From contig DAOOWO010000001.1 in assembly GCA_035371225.1 (NCBI GenBank), positions 1-44,085 of the forward strand: a stretch of 44,085 bases of DNA, read 5' to 3'. Position numbers and translations under genes: made by a program. Within the stretch, counting starts at the first letter, position 1. Each line of letters opens with the position of its first letter. Positions 36,601 through 43,097 of this stretch are shown one piece after another. The stretch is from Bacteroidales bacterium (GTDB lineage Bacteria; Bacteroidota; Bacteroidia; Bacteroidales; CAIWKO01). The notes beneath the pieces were generated by a model, which made no database searches, was not told where the DNA came from, and worked only from the letters and a program-made list of their open reading frames with translations.

Positions 36601-36875
36601 TCTTGTACTTCTTTTACACCATCAACCAGTGTTATGCAAATTCTTTTAATTTGACCATCGACAAGCATTTCGCAGGCACCGCATTTGCCAATGCCGCATT
36701 CGAGGCTTCGTTCGCGGTTTTTCAGGCTATGGCTGTGAACAGGATATCCTGCCTGGTGCAAGGCGGCTGCAATTGTAAACCCTGATTGTCCTTTGATGGT
36801 TTTACCTTTATAAGTAAATGTAACTTCGGGAGTTTCCTTAACTTCGAGAATCGGATGTGTAGTTATTTTTAACAT
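33642..36875 (-). CDS. Fused multi-centre flavoprotein: 2Fe-2S (Fer2_4-like) + FAD/NAD(P) pyridine-nucleotide-disulfide-type oxidoreductase + 2x[4Fe-4S] ferredoxin + BFD-like [2Fe-2S] + DAO-family FAD amine/amino-acid dehydrogenase
   Basis: 1077 aa. Modules by residue: C60/C65/C68/C80 (ECGIGKCGACE...RIC); VVIIGAGPAG at aa 117-124; VLTVGAGNIG at aa 264-273; FGAGDA at aa 384-389; CNPCEFACP plus CTGCMECVYQCP at aa 461-506; ICHCDD...MGACRGKRC at aa 605-647; FIAGGGIGGSA at aa 707-717, followed by a DAO-like C-terminal 370 aa. Confidence 0.85.
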   Translation of the reverse strand: MLKITTHPILEVKETPEVTFTYKGKTIKGQSGFTIAAALHQAGYPVHSHSLKNRERSLECGIGKCGACEMLVDGQIKRICITLVDGVKEVQEIPKDYAPEIITPDTQKPHDVYKTEVVIIGAGPAGLACREELNKHAVSNIVLDNNDKIGGQFIMQTHQFFFFEKEKKFGGMRGFDIATTLAGENHDGIMLNATVWDILEGNRIAAKNLKTGDIFFVDAEYMVVATGAVPFMPAFENDDLPGVYTAAVVQKMMNNEFTLLGKNVLTVGAGNIGYLTSYQLMQAGAHVKAIIEAMPHEGGFPVQANRVRRLGIPIMLSHILIKALPNENHDGIVGAVIAECENFNPVPGTEKTIYGIDAINICTGLVPDDQLLIKGNEIFGRNCFGAGDAIRIGEGTSAVVRGKQVAFEILNEMEERFDYDEFLATSKEYIDSQQHPIKIIQAPYKPTSERMEARPFVQIDCLYGFACNPCEFACPHGAITKTSTSTVPHIDFDKCTGCMECVYQCPGLAIFGYNIKKDWLFLPVEYHVEEGAAVFLVDNNGEKLGEGVIEKVLKKPNKTNVVRVKSLTLHGEELIAARGFIVKENYPEKITFEKAERARETEKYICHCDDVTLTEILNVIGDRRFISVDEIKHTTRLGMGACRGKRCIRRLKQQLKNYDISLVGEATPRGPLSNQINFGELYPKTVPEKVHVSNQGVTPEIVKVGSFIAGGGIGGSALFRYLAEAGMKPVLANFGRGSSWRNIAGGRPGFSLPEMADIAVHNLEIFKELQNLKNIDYHQTRYVTFAHDETMYKALVDSLSWSDAVMVDPKDFNKVISPFINTNLNKYLAAQVSENCWQATPGRVIDLIRRIGINNGGTVLEDCKMISLRKDGNTFKILVRNHQQKFVEYHTEVFVNALGFEGEKFARMIGLETGLYPVKHQAFITRRLPMMGLNGNPLDMLIDRRRYKGFVAVYGQQLAETGQIIGCASPAVDPQQAHKNLKINSQEFLEIATEIFIDWIPQLSSVGFQAVWAGYYVEPRMIIDPEHGLFLGLRGQGFMLGQYLAKLYVNALTGKKVPEYFSRLNLNGDGLPEKAFK

Positions 36876-36925
36876 GGTATTGATTTATTTGGTAGAGAAA
36901 AATTACTATTTTTGAAAAAACATGA

Positions 36926-36933
36926 CAAATTTA
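36926..36933 (-). promoter_or_regulatory. Candidate -7 box (TAAATTTG) for the fused flavoprotein gene
   Basis: The reverse complement of caaattta matches TAnnTTTG, about 51 nt upstream of ATG 36875. An oppositely oriented match (TATTTTTG, 36907..36914, + strand) may serve the divergent CMD gene. Confidence 0.4.
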
Positions 36934-37001
36934 TGTTTTTCGGCAGTAGTGATAGTTTTTTACAGTAAATATTTTTCCGCGAACTTCAAAAAAATGTGTT
37001 T

Positions 37002-37358
37002 ATGAGCAACAGTTTGAATGATTTTAATGCATACAGGAGTAAAATGAACGAAAAACTTCTTTCTTCGGATAATCTGGTATTAAAAAGATTTTTTAATCTC
37101 GACTCCAATGCTTATCTTGACGGTGCATTACCTGCTGCAACCAAAGAAATGCTGGGTCTGATTTCTTCCATGGTGCTCCGCTGCGACGATTGTATCAAAT
37201 ATCACCTGATAAAATGCTATGAACATAAACTGACACGCGCGCAATTGTTTGAAATTTTTTCTATCGCAAATATTGTAGGCGGCTCTATTGTAATTCCCCA
37301 TACCCGGAGGGCTCTGGAGTTTTGGGGAGAATTGGAAAAAGAAGGAGATGCCGGCTAA
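37002..37358 (+). CDS. Carboxymuconolactone decarboxylase (AhpD-like) family protein with a CxxC motif
   Basis: The track start at 36996 is GTG; the ATG is at 37002. Shows the CMD-domain pattern LPAATKEMLGLISSMVLRCDDCIKYH (CxxC-x2-H, as in AhpD-like peroxidase/disulfide reductase modules). Confidence 0.8.
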   Translation: MSNSLNDFNAYRSKMNEKLLSSDNLVLKRFFNLDSNAYLDGALPAATKEMLGLISSMVLRCDDCIKYHLIKCYEHKLTRAQLFEIFSIANIVGGSIVIPHTRRALEFWGELEKEGDAG

Positions 37359-38011
37359 ATGGTCCACTGGTCATGGATAAGGCCAACCAGAAAGTATTGA
37401 TCGCCAAATTTTTTATAAACTAAACGCAAACTGCACCAATCCATACCCTCTGATTTTTTATCGGAGCCAGGGATATAACATTCAATAAAATCATAGTCTT
37501 TATATATGATCCTAATGTTATTAAGCGTATTTCCTTTGCCGATAATATTGTTTAGGCTTTTTTTGCTGTTTTTCAAATAGTTGGCGTTATATACAAAGCG
37601 ATTGAAATATTGCTGAACTGTCATTAGAATATCTTCGCCGCTGCCATTAAAACTGCCCCATTTCAGTTTGATTTGTTGATTTACAAGTTCATTAAAGGGT
37701 TCCCTTGTCAGTGTAACATTGGCAACAGTATCAATATATGCGTATGGCGAAAACCTGACTCCGGAAACCGGATGAAAAAACGATGAGATTTTCGCGTAGT
37801 CTTTCGCTTGCATGGCTGATAATATCTGGTCTGTTAATTCAAATAACAACGAATCTGTGTTAGCTATAATCCCGTTTTTGGCCGATAATTGGGACGCATT
37901 ATTATTGCCTGGTTTTGGTTTATTGTTGTAACAGGAATATAAAACAGTCAGAAACACTATTGTGATAAACATAAGAATTTTCACTGTGCCCTGTTGTACA
38001 GAATTTGGCAT
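37355..38011 (-). CDS. Hypothetical lipoprotein
   Basis: 218 aa with a TM/signal segment plus lipobox-like LYSC. No recognisable family. Its stop overlaps the stop of the convergent CMD gene by 4 nt. Confidence 0.6.
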   Translation of the reverse strand: MPNSVQQGTVKILMFITIVFLTVLYSCYNNKPKPGNNNASQLSAKNGIIANTDSLLFELTDQILSAMQAKDYAKISSFFHPVSGVRFSPYAYIDTVANVTLTREPFNELVNQQIKLKWGSFNGSGEDILMTVQQYFNRFVYNANYLKNSKKSLNNIIGKGNTLNNIRIIYKDYDFIECYIPGSDKKSEGMDWCSLRLVYKKFGDQYFLVGLIHDQWTI

Positions 38012-38145
38012 TTGGTTTTTTTTACAAAATTAATAAACACGGATTACACCTTATTGATTTTTTATCGGGCAGCATCAGCGAATTTTTTTAAAAATTTTTT
38101 GATAGTTATATTTTTTAAAGGATAATACTGCAAAAAACATAAGGT

Positions 38146-38181
38146 ATTTCATTATAATATAGAGAATTTCATTGTAATATA
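38146..38181. repeat. Tandem direct repeat, 16 nt x 2 at 20-bp spacing (atttcattataatata / atttcattgtaatata)
   Basis: 15/16 identical copies at 38146..38161 and 38166..38181, in the divergent intergenic region upstream of the M49-like gene. The two-helical-turn phasing suggests a protein-binding site. Confidence 0.4.
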
Positions 38182-38240
38182 TAGAAAACATTAATAATTA
38201 TACGGTAATGCACCAATAAGATATTGAGGGCCTGAAGATA

Positions 38241-38248
38241 TACTTTTG
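38241..38248 (+). promoter_or_regulatory. Candidate -7 box (TACTTTTG) far upstream of the M49-like gene
   Basis: Matches TAnnTTTG, about 184 nt upstream of ATG 38432, which implies a long leader. Confidence 0.3.
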
Positions 38249-38431
38249 CTTATAATTCATAAAGCCAGATATTCGTTGCAAACGTGTTTTTGTATTATTC
38301 CTTTTTATCTTGGGTATGTTAGACAATGGACATCCATGCGGAGAATGAAAAAATTCTGAAAAAAGGCCCATATTGATTTTTATACCTAATTTAGTGTGCT
38401 CAAAATGAACGTTAACCTTAAATCAAAAAAA

Positions 38432-40084
38432 ATGAAAAAATCTATTGTTTTATTGTGCGTGATTGCTTTTGCATCATTCGTTATACAAGGATGCGGTGGA
38501 AGCAAAAAAAATGAAAAAGCGATGACTAAAGAAGATTCAATTATGCGGACTAAAGTAAATGAATATGCAACGGTAAAGCTCACTTACGACCTGAGCAAAC
38601 TAACCGATAAGGAAAAACAACTTGTTAGCGTACTTATAGATATTGCCAAAATAATGGACGATCTGTACTGGAAGCAGACACTGGGCGACAAACAGTCCTT
38701 TCTCGACGGTATTAACAACGATTATGAAAAGAAATTTGCAATGATCAATTACGGCCCATGGGACCGGCTGGACGATAATAAACCCTTCATTGCAAAATAT
38801 GGTGAAAAGCCTGCTGGTGCTAATTTTTATCCAAAAGATATTACCAAGGTGGAATTCGAAAAATTTGACAGCAAAGATAAAACCAGCTTGTACACCGTAA
38901 TTCGCCGCAACGAAGACAAAAGCCTGAAAGCTGTATGGTATCACGATGAATATAAGGCTGAGTTACAGAAAGCATCCGATCTGCTGAAAAAAGCTGCCGG
39001 ACTGGCCGAAGACGAAGGACTGAAAAAATATTTGGAATTGCGTGCCGAAGCTTTGATAACGAGCAATTACCAGCCCAGCGACATGGCGTGGATGGATATG
39101 AAAAATAATCACATTGATTTTGTTGTTGGCCCCATCGAAAATTACGAAGATGCCATGTATGAATACAAAACCGCTTTCGAATCATTTGTGCTGATAAAAG
39201 ATATGGACTGGAGCAAAAAACTGGATAAGTACATCAGCATGCTGCCTGATATTCAGAAACAATTACCTGTGGAAGACAAATACAAAAAAGAAGTTCCTGG
39301 CACCTCCTCCGATCTGGGAGTGTATGATGCCATTTATTATGCCGGCGATTGCAATGCAGGCAGCAAAACCATTGCCATAAACCTGCCGAATGATGAACAG
39401 GTACAGTTGGCAAAAGGATCGCGTAGGCTGCAACTCAAAAACACCATGAAAGCAAAATTTGACAACATCATGGTGCCTATTGCACAAAAATTAACCGATC
39501 CGGCACAATTAAAGAATGTAAAATTTGATGCTTTTTTCAATAATGTGATGTTCCACGAAGTGGCTCACGGACTGGGAATAAAAAATACTATCAATGGAAA
39601 AGGTACCGTGCGCGAAGCTTTAAAGGATGAATATTCAGCACTTGAAGAAGCCAAGGCCGATATTCTGGGACTGTTCATCGTTACCTACCTGATTGATAAA
39701 GGAGAGATTAAGGATATAACCGCCGAAGATTGTTTTATTACCTTTATGGCCGGTATTTTCCGTTCGGTGCGTTTTGGTGCCGCCAGCGCTCATGGCAAAG
39801 CTAATATGATGTGTTTTAATTTCTTTGAAAAAGCAGGTGCTTTTACCCGCAATGAAAAAGGATTTTATACGGTGGATGTGGCAAAAATGAACGAGGCTAT
39901 GAATCAATGGGCCAAGACCATCCTTGTGTTTCAGGGCAACGGCGATTATGAAGGCGTGGCTGCTTACCGCAAGGCAAACGCTATGGTAAACTCTCAGCTT
40001 CAGAAAGAACTGGACGGGCTAAAGTCGGCAAACATCCCCAAAGACGTGGTCTTTGAGCAGGGAAAAGACGTGCTGGGCCTCTAA
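38432..40084 (+). CDS. Zinc metallopeptidase lipoprotein, dipeptidyl-peptidase III (M49)-like family
   Basis: The track start at 38396 is GTG; the ATG at 38432 gives MKKSIVLLCVIAFASFVIQGCGG (lipobox). Zinc motifs FHEVAHGLG (HExxH) and ALEEAKADILG (EExxAD second motif) are arranged as in DPP3-family proteins. Confidence 0.7.
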   Translation: MKKSIVLLCVIAFASFVIQGCGGSKKNEKAMTKEDSIMRTKVNEYATVKLTYDLSKLTDKEKQLVSVLIDIAKIMDDLYWKQTLGDKQSFLDGINNDYEKKFAMINYGPWDRLDDNKPFIAKYGEKPAGANFYPKDITKVEFEKFDSKDKTSLYTVIRRNEDKSLKAVWYHDEYKAELQKASDLLKKAAGLAEDEGLKKYLELRAEALITSNYQPSDMAWMDMKNNHIDFVVGPIENYEDAMYEYKTAFESFVLIKDMDWSKKLDKYISMLPDIQKQLPVEDKYKKEVPGTSSDLGVYDAIYYAGDCNAGSKTIAINLPNDEQVQLAKGSRRLQLKNTMKAKFDNIMVPIAQKLTDPAQLKNVKFDAFFNNVMFHEVAHGLGIKNTINGKGTVREALKDEYSALEEAKADILGLFIVTYLIDKGEIKDITAEDCFITFMAGIFRSVRFGAASAHGKANMMCFNFFEKAGAFTRNEKGFYTVDVAKMNEAMNQWAKTILVFQGNGDYEGVAAYRKANAMVNSQLQKELDGLKSANIPKDVVFEQGKDVLGL

Positions 40085-40146
40085 TTAATTCTGATGCTTC
40101 ATAAGAAGCAGGACATTTTACTGTTTATCTGAAAAAATTAAATACC

Positions 40147-41571
40147 ATGAGAAAAGTATTTTGGTTGGGATTGTTTTTGTTTATTACAGGGTTGCCGGCA
40201 GTTTTTTCGCAGAGTTTTCAGTGGACAGATGCGGCTGCTGTTGCCAGGATCAAAGAAAATATCAGCCTGTTGGCAGCCGACTCGATGATGGGCCGCGAAA
40301 GCGGAACCCCGGGAGAATACCTCGCCCGAAAATATATAGCAGCCCAATACAACGAAATTGGCCTGGCACCACTGTTTGATACTTCCTATTTTGAATCCTT
40401 TACTTTTTCGGATGTGGATTTTTTAGATTTGGGAAACAGCGTGGAGGTTAACGGCAAAAAACTACAGCTATACAGGGATTATTATCCTATAGGATTTTCT
40501 GCCAACGATACCGTATCCGGAGAAATGGTTTTTGTAAACACAGGAATTTTTTGCGAAAGCGCCGGGATCAACGATTATCAAGGTGCCGACCTGGCGGGCA
40601 AAATTGCCGTTATTGATTTGGCTGTACCAGGCCCCATTCTTGAAAAAAAGAATGTATGGGATAGCGCACAAAAAGTGGTACGGGTTAACAGAGCCATGAG
40701 TATGGGTGCTGTCGGGGTTATTTTTATTTCTACTCAAAAAAAATATGGCACACCTTCAAAAGATCCGAATTTTTATAAAGAAAGAGTAAAAATACCCGTA
40801 GTATTTGTATCCGATAGCAGTATCATCCTGGAGAAAAACTCCGGCTATGCTAAAATCAGCACCTCCATTGATCGCAGCGGGATGAGAAGGGCATATAATG
40901 TGGGCGGTTTTATTGATAACGGCGCGGAAAACACGGTGATTATAGGCGCGCATTATGATCATCTGGGGCTGGGCTATTTTGGCGCACGCGACCCGGGCAT
41001 CAATACCGTACACAACGGAGCCGATGACAATGCCAGCGGGGTGGCCGGCGTTCTGGAACTGGCGCGGATGTTGAAATCAACTGGACCAAAAAATAATAAT
41101 TATATCTTTCTTGCTTTTTCAGGCGAGGAAAAAGGACTTATTGGTTCGGAAAGGTTTATCACCCAAGGCAGTTATAAAAAAGAGAGAATCAATTATATGA
41201 TTGACCTCGACATGATAGGCCGTCTGGATGCCAAGAAAAAAATAAAAATCTACGGTACGGGAACTGCCGATTTATGGGAAAAAGCAATAGATAATGTGGG
41301 CGACAAAGGATTTAAAATTACCAGGATAAAAACCGGTATTGGCGGTTCCGACCACTATTCATTTAATCAACATCAGATACCTGCAATTTTTATTCATACC
41401 GGCCTGCACGATGATTATCATAAGGCAGTTGATGATGCGTACCTGATTAATTTTAATGGCGCACACGAGGTTGTTAAGTATGCTTATGACATAATCCGCT
41501 ATCTCGACGATAAGGGAAAAATCACTTTTAAAGTGGCTAGCATGCTTGACGAGATGATGCTGAAAAAGTAA
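40147..41571 (+). CDS. M28-family aminopeptidase with an inserted PA (protease-associated) domain
   Basis: 474 aa with a signal peptide. M28 metal ligands are in order: GAHYDHLG, GADDNASG, FSGEEKGLIGS, DMIG, SDHYSF. A PA-like insert lies around DLAGKIAVID. Confidence 0.85.
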   Translation: MRKVFWLGLFLFITGLPAVFSQSFQWTDAAAVARIKENISLLAADSMMGRESGTPGEYLARKYIAAQYNEIGLAPLFDTSYFESFTFSDVDFLDLGNSVEVNGKKLQLYRDYYPIGFSANDTVSGEMVFVNTGIFCESAGINDYQGADLAGKIAVIDLAVPGPILEKKNVWDSAQKVVRVNRAMSMGAVGVIFISTQKKYGTPSKDPNFYKERVKIPVVFVSDSSIILEKNSGYAKISTSIDRSGMRRAYNVGGFIDNGAENTVIIGAHYDHLGLGYFGARDPGINTVHNGADDNASGVAGVLELARMLKSTGPKNNNYIFLAFSGEEKGLIGSERFITQGSYKKERINYMIDLDMIGRLDAKKKIKIYGTGTADLWEKAIDNVGDKGFKITRIKTGIGGSDHYSFNQHQIPAIFIHTGLHDDYHKAVDDAYLINFNGAHEVVKYAYDIIRYLDDKGKITFKVASMLDEMMLKK

Positions 41572-41574
41572 ATT

Positions 41575-42414
41575 TTATGGCAGCGAAATTTCTGCCTTGT
41601 CCAACAGGTGGTAATTTGTGTCGATAGCCTCCATGCGGAGCGTGTTGCCGGTATTTACCAATGTGCAGAAATGATATGTGTTGACAAAAAACTGTGATTC
41701 CGGCAGGTCTTTGGTTTTCATATAATAAGGTGCGCCACCACCAGCGGTGGTAATATAATAGATGCCATTAGCAACAGCTTTTTCATAACAATGGTTGTGT
41801 GCGCTGAAAACAAAACTTACGCTGTATTTTTCGAAAAGCGGTACCAGGTTTATTCTGAGTTTTTTGTTTTGTGTATTATGCGGCCCCGAGCTGTATACGG
41901 GCAAATGCATTATCACCACACGGAAATAGTTTGAAGGACAGTTTTTCAGGTCATTTTCTATCCACTGATATTGTGCGGAACCTTTCGAATAATCCGAAAA
42001 ATTATCGATAACCACAAAATGACATCTGCCAATATCAACCGAATACCAACTACAGTTGTTGGGGAACGAAAAGTCGATAGCTACAGTTTTTGAATGCAGT
42101 TCGTGGTTGCCGTAGCAAGGGTAAAAACGGCTGCTGTCAATAATCGGGGCAAAAAACTTTTTAAATGTTGTCCAGGAATTTTTTTTCAGCCCGTTGTACA
42201 CAATATCACCGGTATGGAAAACGGCCACAGGTTTGTAATGCATTATTTTTTTACAAACACTCCGGTTGGCTGTGTGGTTGAGGTGGGTATTGCCCGAAAC
42301 TTTGGTGCGGGTGTCTCCAAAAACAACGATAACGGAATCTTGTTGGGCAAAGAGGTTGTTTCTGCTACCAATGATAAGTGCAAGTAAAATAAGGAAATAC
42401 AATTTGTTTTTCAC
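41575..42414 (-). CDS. Exported calcineurin-like metallophosphoesterase (purple-acid-phosphatase-like)
   Basis: The track start at 42462 is TTG. The GTG at 42414 gives (M)KNKLYFLILLALIIGSRNNLFAQ, a clean signal peptide. Motifs: FGDTR, TGDIVYNG, GNHE, MHLPVYS, SAHNHCYE. The start remains uncertain (42414 vs 42462). Confidence 0.8.
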   Translation of the reverse strand: MKNKLYFLILLALIIGSRNNLFAQQDSVIVVFGDTRTKVSGNTHLNHTANRSVCKKIMHYKPVAVFHTGDIVYNGLKKNSWTTFKKFFAPIIDSSRFYPCYGNHELHSKTVAIDFSFPNNCSWYSVDIGRCHFVVIDNFSDYSKGSAQYQWIENDLKNCPSNYFRVVIMHLPVYSSGPHNTQNKKLRINLVPLFEKYSVSFVFSAHNHCYEKAVANGIYYITTAGGGAPYYMKTKDLPESQFFVNTYHFCTLVNTGNTLRMEAIDTNYHLLDKAEISLP

Positions 42415-42717
42415 ATTGAATAGTTGTTTGTGAAGAAAAATTCTATCTGTCGGTGGCTGCAATTTTTTTATTAAACAATATTAAGGCCAATAAAAAAAGC
42501 TGCCGCTAATGGTTGAAAAAACGCTTGCAGCAGTCTTTTATTATATGCTTAAAAATTGAGTCAACCTTTGTTGAAAAAAAACAGATTCCAATAACCGGTA
42601 AGAAAAATAAAATACTTTGTTTACAGCATATAAAATGCAGATAAGTATCCCCATGCCAAACAGCCGTGGTGTTTTACGGATGAAAATTCCTGGTTGAAAA
42701 AATGTTGGAAAGAGCCT

Positions 42718-42750
42718 GAAAAAAAGCCGGATTTCCAAAGAAATCCGGCT
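42718..42750 (-). terminator. Strong rho-independent terminator about 350 nt downstream of the nearest minus-strand stop
   Basis: Perfect 11-bp stem agccggatttc / gaaatccggct with a 4-nt loop. On the minus strand it is followed by TTTTTTT. Confidence 0.7.
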
Positions 42751-43097
42751 TCTGTTATGAAAGAAAAAATGAAGAAATTTGTACTTGGACTTGAGGTTTT
42801 AACCAGGGATTTTAATCTGGTTGCCACCCCATTGAGGTTTCATATAAATAGATTTGATGATCATTTATCCAGGGACTTTTTATCTTTTACGCTTGATTTT
42901 TCTTCAGTCAAAAAATCTATTTTGCAACCATATTCATCGTATTTGTCTGGTTTACAAAAATTGTTTTCGATAGGATTATTGACACAATTCATCATATCTA
43001 TGCCTGTTGTATAATCAAGTATGAAGTCTTCAATTTTTTATTTGTTTATCAATTGCTGAAATGTTTAGTAAGTGTGCCCTTATAACTATATTTGAAA

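Noticed and set aside
40095-40110. Hairpin tgcttc-ataa-gaagca after the M49-like gene, considered as a terminator.
   Set aside because: The stem is only 6 bp with no adjacent T-tract, and the M28 gene starts 37 nt later, so co-transcription is at least as likely.
42541-43014. Track ORFs 42541..42738 (-), 42621..42827 (-) and 42694..43014 (+).
   Set aside because: Each reads through the 11-bp-stem terminator at 42725..42750. The translations are Phe/Leu/Ser-rich, as expected from AT-rich non-coding DNA, and have no start-proximal promoter box.
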